Positions 24,413 through 34,209 of a stretch of 34,209 bases of DNA are shown piece by piece. Source of the DNA: Parasitella parasitica NRRL 2501 (lineage: Eukaryota > Fungi > Mucoromycota); contig MU619368.1 in assembly GCA_025201805.1 (NCBI GenBank), positions 50,257 to 84,465 on the forward strand, in the 5' to 3' direction. Below the pieces are notes generated by a model. It was not told the DNA's origin, did no database searches, and was given only the letters and a program-made list of their open reading frames with translations. The position numbers were made by a program, and so were the translations under genes. Positions within the stretch are counted from its first letter, which is position 1. Every line of letters starts with the position of its first letter.

Positions 24413-25549
24413 TTATTTGCTGCTCATTTTGTTTGAAAATCTCATGAATGCGTTGACAATTGAATTGCGTTTGTATCCAATCAAGCCCAGCACGCCTATA
24501 AAAGCACAGCGATAAACAATTTTCTTGGTGAAAAGGCTTCTTGGTGCAGCTTTTGGTGATCTGGTCGTCGGCTGAGAGCCAAGCGTCATCTCTCTAATAG
24601 TACCTGATTCAACCACCTTCCTATCCGGATCCAGCACAACCCTCAAGTGACGGTCTGGCTGGCTGTAGCCTCCATCCAGTCGCTTTAATCCTTCATAGCA
24701 CTTCAAGCTCTCGCCTAGGTAGCCTTGGCCATAAAATCCCACTTTATCCAGACGAGGGAGGTACAATTCGTAGGCAGGCATGTATGTGTCAACAAAGACC
24801 CGCACTGCTTCGTCAGACAAGCCATCCACTCCTCGGGTTTGCTTCATATGATGCTCCTGCTGCAATCTCCACTGATACACTTGGCCTAGCTCGCATGGCG
24901 ACAAGTGGATGAATATATCAAAGAAGGGATACAGCTCATCCTCGTACTTTTTTAGCTCCATGTTCATGACTTTGACCTGATCAAACTTCAAATTGACGTG
25001 CTGCTTGACATTGCTTTCAGGCAACGCCTTGAATCCGAGCATCCAGCCCTCAAACAAAATGATGTCAAATGGTGCGACAGGGTATTTCCACTTGGACTTG
25101 TCTAAACGGTCGCCTTGACCACAATGTAAAGATTTGTCGTAAGCAGGGATGGGCACGCTCTCTCCCTGAGTCTGTGTACTCAAGAGCGAATGCAATGTCT
25201 GGCAAGCCAAAGATAAATCGTGCGATCCAGCCTGACCTCTCTGTTGATAGAGGGGGTTGTTAGCATACTTTCCTGACAGCTTTACCTGATCGTCGTGTGT
25301 CAAGTAAACATCATCGAGCGAAAAGCTAATGACTCGCAAGTTATGAGGAGCCTCTTTTAATAAATGCGCCAAAGTATCACACAGTGTCGTTTTGCCACTG
25401 CCTTGACAACCAGAAACGCCTACAATCATCGGCTGTCGAGGCAGCTCACGGACCTTCCTGTCTTGCTTAAAATGCTCATAGTGCTTCAGAATATGTGCAA
25501 TCGATTCTTTTGTTTGTGGCAGCATGCTGTAGGGAATTTGCGGCGACAT
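24413..25549 (-). CDS. TDA10: P-loop kinase of the Tda10 (YGR205W) / class III glycerate kinase family
   Basis: GVSGCQGSGKTT, SLDDVYLTH, RGQAGSHD, PAYDKSL-x2-GQGDR, FEGWMLGF, VYQWRLQQE and FVDTYMPAYELY motifs; single exon. Confidence 0.88.
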   Translation of the reverse strand: MSPQIPYSMLPQTKESIAHILKHYEHFKQDRKVRELPRQPMIVGVSGCQGSGKTTLCDTLAHLLKEAPHNLRVISFSLDDVYLTHDDQVKLSGKYANNPLYQQRGQAGSHDLSLACQTLHSLLSTQTQGESVPIPAYDKSLHCGQGDRLDKSKWKYPVAPFDIILFEGWMLGFKALPESNVKQHVNLKFDQVKVMNMELKKYEDELYPFFDIFIHLSPCELGQVYQWRLQQEHHMKQTRGVDGLSDEAVRVFVDTYMPAYELYLPRLDKVGFYGQGYLGESLKCYEGLKRLDGGYSQPDRHLRVVLDPDRKVVESGTIREMTLGSQPTTRSPKAAPRSLFTKKIVYRCAFIGVLGLIGYKRNSIVNAFMRFSNKMSSK

Positions 25550-26358
25550 TTCTAACGAGTGAAAGACAAGAAAACGAGATATTTCTGTTTTTAGTGATTT
25601 TTACAATATACTTTTTTTGGCCTAGAGCAGCTGTTTTAGTACAGCCCGCTTGAAGTTCGCAAGCTGGATACCAAAAAAAAACCATGTACTACAATGTAAA
25701 GCAAGCATATAAAGATAATTTTAGTTTATTGTTATATACTGAACTGTTGCCAGAAGGCAGAGATAAAATATTGCACGTCCCAGGAGAGCTGCAGGTGTTA
25801 TTTACACGTCTGCAGAATTTCACATCATTCTTGATGGCTGTAAGGTCGATGGCCACATTCCGAAAGCGCCATCCACGCCATAGTAGTGGTATTAGAGGCG
25901 GTCGAGCATACTGTCAAGTATTTTTTTTCTTAAGCACTACCGGTTTACAGGTTTGGCTAGACATGTTGTCAGTAAAGAAACCAGTGGTATATCGTAACCA
26001 GTTAGCATGTAAAAGCACTATAACCCTTTGCCCGCGAGCTTTTAAACCAAGATTGCCTCCGTCTAGATGCTGATAGATTGACATGAATGGTTCTCTACAC
26101 TAGCAACGCTGGTCGATGAAGCAAATGAGCCTCTGAATCAAGACTATCATATCCAACATATCATGCAACCTAAACATTAGACTAAACATTAGACTAAATT
26201 TGAGAAACATGGTTTACAATTTCAGTAAACAAATATACAAACTTGCACATCGCGTACATGTCCACTGGAGATGTCGAGAGACTCTACGTCTGCTCATTAT
26301 GGCCAGAGCCTATGCAGGCCACTATAAAAGCCATACTATTGAATAGACGTAAAACGAG

Positions 26359-26368
26359 NNNNNNNNNN

Positions 26369-26448
<80 letters not shown>
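26359..26448. other. 10-N assembly gap followed by an 80-nt poly(A) tract
   Basis: N at 26359-26368, A at 26369-26448. Confidence 0.95.
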
Positions 26449-26451
<3 letters not shown>

Positions 26452-26613
26452 AGAGAGAAGGTTCAGGGGTGGAAGTGGTGGAGGTTGCCACGACATCACA
26501 GTTGCGCAAACCCAGCTGAATGTTTGTTGTGCACAAATATTTGCTACAAAGATGAACGCGTTCAAAGAACTATTAATCTCTACTCTTTTATCTCTTGCGT
26601 TTCTCCTACAAGA

Positions 26614-27354
26614 ATGCAACTTCCTACTATTCTTCGTGAGCCTGCAGTGGAGCTAATTGGTGAAAAGTGCTATGTTTCCTTGATTGAAAACTTAAACATC
26701 CATGATGTCGATTGCATCAAATACGCAGTTAGTAAAGGCCTGGGCTTGGGCATTGTATTGGGTGGATCCATCGTCAAAGTGCCTCAAATCTTGACAATCC
26801 TGAAGAGAAAGTCTGCAGAGGGTTTGTCTCTTGCCAGCTTCCTTCTGGAGGCTCTTTCCTATTCAATTACTCTATCTTACAATATGAGACAGGGTAATCC
26901 CTTCAGCACCTATGGCGAAATCATGTTTATTTATATCCAGAACATCATCATTGCAAGTCTCATCTTTTATTTTGGGCAGCAGCCTACCAAGATGGTGGCT
27001 GCTTTGATTGGCCTTTTGTCTGTATTTTGGGCGCTTAACAATGCTGCATTAGTGCCTCCTGTTGTGATGAGCAGCCTTTTCGCGGCCACGATCCCCCTCA
27101 ACCTTGCAGCCAAGGTTCCCCAAATCTACACCAACTTCAAGAACAAGTCGACTGGCCAGCTATCGGTATTTACGGTAGTCAATTATTTTGTAGGCAGCTC
27201 AATCCGAGTCTTTACGACGATAACAGAGATAGACGATCCCATCATGCTTTTTGGTGGCCTGCTAGCTAGCTCATTCAATGCCTTGTTACTGCTGCAAGTG
27301 ATTTTGTATTGGAACAACAACCCTGCCAAGAAAGGCCATAGCAAGCTGGATTAG
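26614..27354 (+). CDS. MPDU1: Mannose-P-dolichol utilization defect 1 protein (MPDU1/Lec35), PQ-loop family, 246 aa
   Basis: CIKYAVSKGLGLGIVLGGSIVKVPQI, KSAEGLS, PFSTYGE, KVPQIYTNFKNKSTGQLS and RVFTT motifs; ATG 26614 is in frame with the track ORF; intronless. Confidence 0.93.
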   Translation: MQLPTILREPAVELIGEKCYVSLIENLNIHDVDCIKYAVSKGLGLGIVLGGSIVKVPQILTILKRKSAEGLSLASFLLEALSYSITLSYNMRQGNPFSTYGEIMFIYIQNIIIASLIFYFGQQPTKMVAALIGLLSVFWALNNAALVPPVVMSSLFAATIPLNLAAKVPQIYTNFKNKSTGQLSVFTVVNYFVGSSIRVFTTITEIDDPIMLFGGLLASSFNALLLLQVILYWNNNPAKKGHSKLD

Positions 27355-27539
27355 CCAATAAAACAGTTGTTTCAAAGCGTTTAAAAGGTGGCGTGTAAAC
27401 TGACTTGATCTTTCCTGCTCTGGTGGGAAGGAGGGACAGACAGATGTGTAAAATATAATACTATATTTTTTTTGCGTCCCTTTTTCTTTTTCTTTCTTTC
27501 TTTCTTTCTTTCTTTTTCGCTTTCTTTATTCCCCATAAT

Positions 27540-29383
27540 ATGTCTCGGTTGAGGTCTCCTGCTGAATGGGTGGCTCCCTTGACACCCATCATCTCTCTGG
27601 CCTTGCTACCATTGGGGCCCATCTTCCTTCCACGCTTCTATGTCGTATTCTTGTTTGTCTATTTCACTGCCTTCTTATACCAGCAAGTCAACCATGTCTG
27701 CAAGTTTTATCTATCGTCGGTGCGCATGAGAGCAAGCATTGAAAAATGGAACAGCCTGAGCAAAAACCGAAACCGCTTGGACGATAAAAGTCAGGATGAT
27801 AAGGCAAAGATCGCAATGGACACATTTCAGCCCAACAGATCCAGCAGCAGCACTCGTGAACGGTTCGTAAATGTCGAAGATCAGGATTCCGAAGAGCAGC
27901 TCATCTACCAAGAACCTCACTTTATTCATACGTTTGTTATCCCCAATTACTGTGAACCTGAAGCTCTTTTGAAGGATACTATTGGCCGATTAGCAGTGCA
28001 CAGGTATGCCCAAATCAAATGAAAATTTTTACTACTTTTGAAATACCGTTTTTATATTGACGGGAACCTTTTTTTCTTGGGAAAAAAAAAATTAGCAATG
28101 CTAGAACAAACTATGTAGTTATTTTAGCCATGGAGGCTTCTGAGCAAGGTTGGGAGGAGAAGGGAAAGCGTCTGCAAGACTTTTTTAAAGATAGATTTCA
28201 CGGGTTCCTCATCACTGGCCATCCCGCCGGAATTCCCGGTGAATATCGCGGTAAAGGATCAAATGTAAACTATGCTGTTCGTAATGGCTGTGCCGAAATG
28301 TTGCGACAAGGCTTTGACAGACACAAGATCATTCTAACCATTATGGACTCTGATGCAGCAATTCCCGAACTGTATATTATTGAGGTAGAAGAGGCATTGA
28401 ACAAATCTGACGACCCTTTTTACACCATTTGCGCCCCTCCCATCTTCTTTTCTCGCAACAGCGCCCAAGTACCTGCCGCCGTAAGAATGACGGATATTAC
28501 CTGGGCTGCGCTGGTCATGTCAAATCTCAGCAATTCGGACGGTTTGTGTGTTCCATGTTCCAACTATAGTTTGTCGTTTATTTTGGCAGAGAGAGTTGGG
28601 TACTGGGACGTCGATGCTGATGCCATTGGCGAAGATATGCACATGTGGCTTAAATGCTTCTTCAAGACGGACGGTCATGCTCGTACAGCACCCATTTACG
28701 TCCCTATTAATCTTACTAATGTCCAATGCGATGGCTATATTAAAAATATCTATGAGCGCTACGTCCAAGCAAAACGCCACTTCCAAGGTGTTGCTGACCT
28801 TGGCTATACTCTTAGACAAATGGTGAATTCCTACAAGAATAGAAAGGAACAGAAAGGATTGCTAGACTGTCATATGGCAACCTCCGGCTTCTACGACAAG
28901 CTGGCAGCCTGCTCTGTTATTATGGAAGCGCACATGATTCCTGCCTCTTCAGGCTGGCTCATGTTTGCTGCTGTCCCGCTGATGCAAATTATCCTGTTCC
29001 CTCCGTTCTCTTGGATGGCTATTGTGTCTCCTGCCAACAATCCGCTCTTGACATCTGACTTCTTTTACAAGCTTTGGACAGTTGTGAAGATGATCACCAT
29101 CTTACTTCCGCTCCCCTTGTTTGGCACTTTGGCTATTTATGAATATCTGCATCGTTACATTGACAGGGAATTCTACCATAAGCCGAAATCAGAGTCTCGC
29201 ACGTGGAAGAATATCTTGGATTATGCTTCGCTACCTATCGCTGCTTGGTTATTTTTGACTGTCCCGTCTACGATTGCTTGTGTAAAACGCCTCTTTGCTG
29301 GCGACGATGCTTACATTGTTGGGGCAAAGGTGTTTAAAGACCAAACTGAACTCAATCACAACAACAAGGAAAGAATCTTGTAA
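27540..29383 (+). CDS. Multi-pass membrane glycosyltransferase family 2 protein; exons 27540-28003, 28096-29383
   Basis: N-terminal TM helices; IPNYCEP, LAMEASE, HP-x5-E-x-RGKGSN, MDSD, IGEDMH and YVQAKRH (D,D,D,QxxRW-like) motifs; C-terminal TM helices; intron 28004-28095 joins in frame. Confidence 0.88.
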
Positions 29384-29608
29384 TTATTATAGAAAACTGT
29401 TCTTGTAAACCAACACTCATCCATGCAACTACCATTCATCCCGTTTTCTCTCTTAATCATTAATACCTTACTCACATTCTACTATTTTACCACAATATAA
29501 CGCATATTAAAATAATATTTTTTTTTCTCTGACTGTATAAACAACGAGCTGGAGGATAAACATATGCAGCACATAAGAAAGTGGTTTATTGATATATTGC
29601 GCGTTGGG

Positions 29609-32600
29609 CTAGATTGGTGTCAATTGCGATGCCGTTACATTGTAGACCTCTTGTTCCGAATCACCCAGCTTTATAGTGTCAGGAAGAGACTTTTTATACG
29701 TTTCATACAGCATTTCCATATGAACTTGCCATGTCACACTCATTTTTGTTGTCTCAGTGGGCTTGATTTCGATTACTTGGCCGTACCAGTTGCACTGAAG
29801 ATAGATGTCATAAGAATCAAAGTATTTTGGCACATTTTGCACTTTAAAATAGACGCCGACTGTGTCATTATCATGGTATTGTCGCTCTCGCCTTGGTTGT
29901 TGGCTCCAAACCGAGTGCAAGTCAAACATCATGTCGTTTTCAAATTCTTCCTGCTCATCTGAATCGATGTCTTCATAATTCTCGTCATTATCGTCTGTTT
30001 GCTCTTCCCCATCCCCATCCTCTTCCTCTTCCTCTTCCTCTTCCTCTTCCTCTTCCTCTTCCTCTTCCTCTTCCTCTTCCTCTTCCTCTTCCTCTCCGTC
30101 ATCTTCGTAATCGCTTTCGTACTCTCCAAAAGGATCATCATCGCCAAAGTCATCCCCAGCAGTTGCGGCAATCACTTCATCATAGACCATCCCCGTCAAC
30201 TGCTGTCCAATCATGGCCAGATTCTCATGTTCAATGAGCTCTTGCATTTCTGCTTTCATTGCATCGTCGACACCGTTGCCCTTCATTGTTGGATTGAACA
30301 CTCTTTGGGCAATAGCCTCGCCCAGAAAATTGAGCTGCGCTATCAAATAGCATATATCCTTCATATTCACGCTTGACATGCATGGATCGTCTAGTAGTTT
30401 TTGCATGTCTGTACAAGGTCTTGCTGTTAAATTTTCAAGCGCGCCAGCATCCGGCGGCGAAACACCAGAGGCAGCGTTATTACTACTGCTACTGCTCGGT
30501 TGATAAGAGACGAGCTTCTTTACCAAGTTCAAAATTGATCCTGACTGGCCGTTGCTTTGTGATTGAGGCTGCTGCGATGGTTTTGCTTGCTTGCTTTTTG
30601 TTGACGACGATGCTGCAGTTGATGTTGCGGCTGTCGCAGACGCTGCTGAAGTCGGTGCTTTTGCTGGAGTGGCAGTGGCAGTAGCAGTGGCAGTAGCAGT
30701 TGATAGAGTCTTTTGTTGATTAACAGGTTTTTCTTCCTTCTTTCCCACCACTCCTTTTGATCTAATTGCCATTGCAACAACGGCTGTCGAGACATCATTT
30801 TCAATGGCATTGGGCTTGTTTGTCTTGGTGGCCACATGTCTACTAGTAGACTTGTCAACCAGACGTGGCGTAAATAAACTCTCCAACTGCTCATTATCCC
30901 GGATGTCTTCTAAATAACCAACAACCTGGTCTTGCTTTGGCTGTCTAACATATCTTGTTTTGATATCTGCTACCACTGTCTGCTTGGGTCCGTGAAAGCG
31001 ATATTGCATACACTCTGTATCAGTGGGACGAGGAAGGTTGTATTTTTTATCGCACACAAAGGAATAGGGTATGTATTCTGGGCCAGACGTCAATTTGGCT
31101 GCTCGACTGAATTCGTCAAATATGGCAGCAGCACCTATCGTTGTGCAAGAACGAGCAACGTTTTTACCGAGGATAAATGGGTCTTGTACAATGATAGGTT
31201 GTCCGTCCCAGCGAAACGGATTTTGGTTGTAGAGTTTGCCGTCGCTCGTGATGATGGACACAACTCGATTCTTAGGGTTTGAGTAATAAATGAAGAATTT
31301 GTTGATCAATTGCGATACAGTATCCTTGTTCTTTGACTCCCAAATACAAACAGCGTCGTTCTGTCCGGTTGGTGGTTCTAAAAAATATTCTGATGTGGCG
31401 CTATTCCTGACATGTACACAATCATGATAGCGAGCATCACAGCGAATAAGCTGGTGCTCGTGGTATAGTAGAGCCTGCTTGCCAGTCTTTGATTTGCAGT
31501 TCTTGGATAGGCATCGTACTAGGTTCTGCAGACTGGGTATGACAGGTGTCTCCAGGCCTACCATTAAAAAGTGCAGCGCCATGAGCACATATGCATAACT
31601 ACTAAGCGTGCCACCAAGAGCTACATAATTATCAAAAAAAAAAAAAAAAAAAAAAAAAGAATATCAGAATCAGTTTTCTACAAAGAAACCTTGGGTCGGC
31701 TTACGACTATTGATGTCTTTTTGTTTAACAAAATGCTTGATGGCTGTCAAAAAGGGTCGAATACGAACATCAAGCGAAGTGTACTGTCCGACCATGTTGG
31801 TATTTTCAATACCAAGAATATTATGCGTGTTGATATCGCAGCTAAAGCCCGTTTGAGGATCGACAAATTTGCAGATTGGCACTGAGGCGTTTCCTATAGC
31901 TTCTACGTGAGTCATGCCTATCGATTTAAGTCGATTGGCTAGGTAGAACATGTTATATACAGATTTTGGTTGCTTTGACAGCTTCTGCTTGTGCCTCTTC
32001 AGATCGCTTTCAAATTTAGCTTCAGGAACGACGATACAAAGATCGACATCAGCGCCCTCCAAGCATAATAGATTGGCAGCAGATCTATTTAATTTACTTT
32101 GTGAATACACAGCTACGTTTTTTTTTAATGCACGGATTCGTATGGTTGTTACCCAAAAATCGCCACCTCGTAGTTCATTCCAGGCCACACAATATCCAGC
32201 ATATTTTGAAGTCTCTTCACCAAAGACTCTGTCTTTATGAAAAATTGAGGCGTTGGTTTTGATTTTTGACAAAACTGCCAAATTTCATCGGTCAATGGGT
32301 CGTTCCTGGGACGACCCATATTCTTGCTCTTTTTCATCTCCTGTCTTTCAGCTTCGTAGCTCAGCTTATCTTCTTTGGTGAACAAAACAAACAGAAGGTT
32401 ATCTTGTGCTCCATTTTTTGCCAGAGCAGAAAAATACTTGTGCTCGTGGCGTTTATCAGCGTAATATTGCGCCTGGGTCATTAGTTCGTAATTGTATTTG
32501 CTCCAACTGCGTATGAGGCCTTCTCTGACAATGTCACGTCCTGCCTCTTTTAAAAAGACTTCGAGAGAGCTAGAGACTTTCACGACTGTCGTGTAAATAT

Positions 32601-32742
32601 CTGTGTGCTTTTTGTCAAGATGGTCTTTCAGGTCAGCCATAGCGACGACTTTGGTTGATGATATATTGCTTAATATTGAATTGCTGGATGTATAATCATA
32701 GCACAGTTCAAGTAGACGTAGAATTGCTTGAGAATAATTCAT
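29609..32742 (-). CDS. Cid1/TUT/TENT-family terminal RNA nucleotidyltransferase with N-terminal extension and C-terminal RRM-like domain; exons 32742-32153, 32084-31705, 31620-29609
   Basis: Splicing restores FGSAANLLCLEGADVDLCI (GS-x10-DxD); ASVPICKF, third Asp in SCDINTHN, GIENT, GGTLSSYAYVLM, and the PAP-associated IIVQDPFILGKNVAR / IFDEFSRA. Confidence 0.9.
30018..30095 (-). repeat. Coding (GAGGAA)13 hexanucleotide repeat encoding a poly-Glu tract of about 26 residues
   Basis: Perfect (TCCTCT)n on the + strand inside the nucleotidyltransferase exon 3. Confidence 0.9.
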
Positions 32743-32891
32743 TTTTTTTTAGAGTTTTTTTTAGTTTTAATTTGAAAGAGAAAAAGCACTAGAAGTACTT
32801 TTAATAGCTCAAAGGCGGGGAGGTTTAAAAAAGAAGCCTTTATTCGATGAAACCCAAAACATGATTCAAACATCAATTTGATCATCTGCTT

Positions 32892-33947
32892 TCAATTTTT
32901 CAATGAAAGCATGTAGGGGCTGTTTTCAACGCTAGTGATTGTCCATTTATTTGGATATGTGTCGTGATGATTTATTAACAACACGGGATTGCATCCAGTA
33001 ATGTCAACATCAATCAAATGATCACTTGGATGGTAATAGGCCAGAAATTCACTCATGATCATGTTGAGTTTATCACCATATTTATCGCTAAAGGTCGGGT
33101 ATAAAGCAAGCTTGTTGACAACTCGCATGTCTCTTGACATCTTCATTGCATGTAATACCAAGACTAGGTTCTGTACATTTATGGGGTTGCTTTTAATTCT
33201 GATTTCAGTGAATCCATGTTCCTGCTGGAAGTTTTCGCTCGTTAAGCTCTTGATAGTTAATTCGCCTACTCCGTCAATCACAATTTTCTGCAATTTTGAG
33301 CTATACTTGAAGTGTAGTAGCTCTAGATCAGTATGATTCACTCCTTGTGGATAATCCAATTGCAACGACTTTAGCTGCTTTAGTTTTGATATAAATCTGG
33401 GGAAACCACCGTAGTTTCTACGAAGTGATTGACGTATGCTGGAATCGATCGCTAGTTCCAAGCTAACGAGTGATTTGTTAAATCGGTAATATATACTGAA
33501 AGCAAAGATTTGCTCGCAAATGGAAGCAAGGTTTGGCATTTTGATCTCTTCGAGATGTGGCAGCTTTGTCTGGTTGCTGTGGAACAGTTTGAAATACTTG
33601 CTCATGTTTACATCGTGACCAAAATGCATTTTTTTCAAATTCATGCAGCAACTAGAGATATACTGGAGATCAGCTAGGTTGCATTGATCTGTAGTTATTG
33701 ATATCATTTCGACTTGAGGTCCGATAGATGAATTCTGTGCTAGGTATTTTGCAAAATCGTCAGCTCGAGCAGGACTATCGAGTCGAACATGTATTTTTGG
33801 TTTTACAACCATACAGGATATCATATGCCATAATCGGCATGTGAGACGATATCTTTGGATATCTTGACTGTCTGGAAGATGTATGAGTATCCCTATTAAA
33901 ATCTCTAACGGAAAACGTTGGTTTATGCAGCTGTTGTCGATGATCAT
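32892..33947 (-). CDS. F-box protein with LRR-like C-terminal region
   Basis: N-terminal FPLEILIGILIHLP...YRLTCRLWH F-box; repeated LxxLxL segments (LPHLEEI, LKQLKSLQL); intronless 351 aa. Confidence 0.8.
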   Translation of the reverse strand: MIIDNSCINQRFPLEILIGILIHLPDSQDIQRYRLTCRLWHMISCMVVKPKIHVRLDSPARADDFAKYLAQNSSIGPQVEMISITTDQCNLADLQYISSCCMNLKKMHFGHDVNMSKYFKLFHSNQTKLPHLEEIKMPNLASICEQIFAFSIYYRFNKSLVSLELAIDSSIRQSLRRNYGGFPRFISKLKQLKSLQLDYPQGVNHTDLELLHFKYSSKLQKIVIDGVGELTIKSLTSENFQQEHGFTEIRIKSNPINVQNLVLVLHAMKMSRDMRVVNKLALYPTFSDKYGDKLNMIMSEFLAYYHPSDHLIDVDITGCNPVLLINHHDTYPNKWTITSVENSPYMLSLKN

Positions 33948-34209
33948 GCGAGAAAAATTAGCTAGAAAGAAGAAGAAAGATGTTGAGAGAGACAGATGGA
34001 AAAGATTAGGAAATTAGAGATTAAATAGCAAAATTTCTCGTGACGATATTTCGCATCATTTCACGGTACCCTTTCATAGAAAATACGTCAATGTGATCAA
34101 CAAATGAGGCTAACATCAAATACTCTTTGTATTGAATACTGTAAACGTAAGACTGACTGCAGTCAATAGTTTAGCGTACAAATATAAATGTATATATACA
34201 TATATATTT

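Noticed and set aside
9018-25549. Possible uracil-catabolism cluster (Urc4-like gene plus Tda10, which is sometimes annotated as a uridine kinase)
   Set aside because: The genes are 14 kb apart with unrelated genes between them, and no URC1/URC6 homologue is present.
26243-26656. Poly-Lys and poly-Phe ORFs
   Set aside because: Artefacts of translating the poly(A) tract and the N gap.
29893-30376. (LP)n, (KR)n and (FL)n ORFs
   Set aside because: Alternative-frame readings of the GAGGAA poly-Glu repeat.
1-34209. CRISPR array, tRNA/rRNA genes, intact transposase or reverse transcriptase, mating-type locus
   Set aside because: No spaced direct repeats, cloverleafs, TE catalytic motifs or HMG-box gene were seen.

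Overview
Gene-dense, AT-rich fungal genomic DNA with short (mostly 50-90 nt) GT-AG introns, typical of Mucorales (Mucor/Rhizopus-like). Manual splicing supports 12 conserved protein genes, in order: PRP16 (-), UPS1/PRELI (-, only a fragment in the ORF track), a Yap1/Pap1-type bZIP (+), a divergent DUF1688/Urc4-like gene (-), MMS19 (+), an HGT1-like sugar porter (-), a PWWP + TFIIS-N-like chromatin reader (-), a Tda10/glycerate-kinase-like P-loop kinase (-), MPDU1 (+), a membrane GT2 glycosyltransferase (+), a Cid1/TUT-family terminal nucleotidyltransferase (-) and an F-box protein (-). There is also a probable 87-aa orphan gene, microsatellites, and an assembly gap next to an 80-nt poly(A). 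I found no rRNA, tRNA, CRISPR array or intact transposon. No complete new system can be proven from sequence alone. The best leads are: (i) the nucleotidyltransferase with a putative winged-helix/LOTUS-like N-terminus, a C-terminal RRM-like domain and Lys at the Cid1 His336 specificity position; (ii) the Urc4-like gene with rewritten signature motifs resembling Qng1; (iii) an RFX/Crt1 X-box cluster and hidden first micro-exon at MMS19; (iv) the MPDU1-GT2 tandem; (v) a Yap1 lacking the n-CRD. Family assignments come from remembered motifs, not database searches.
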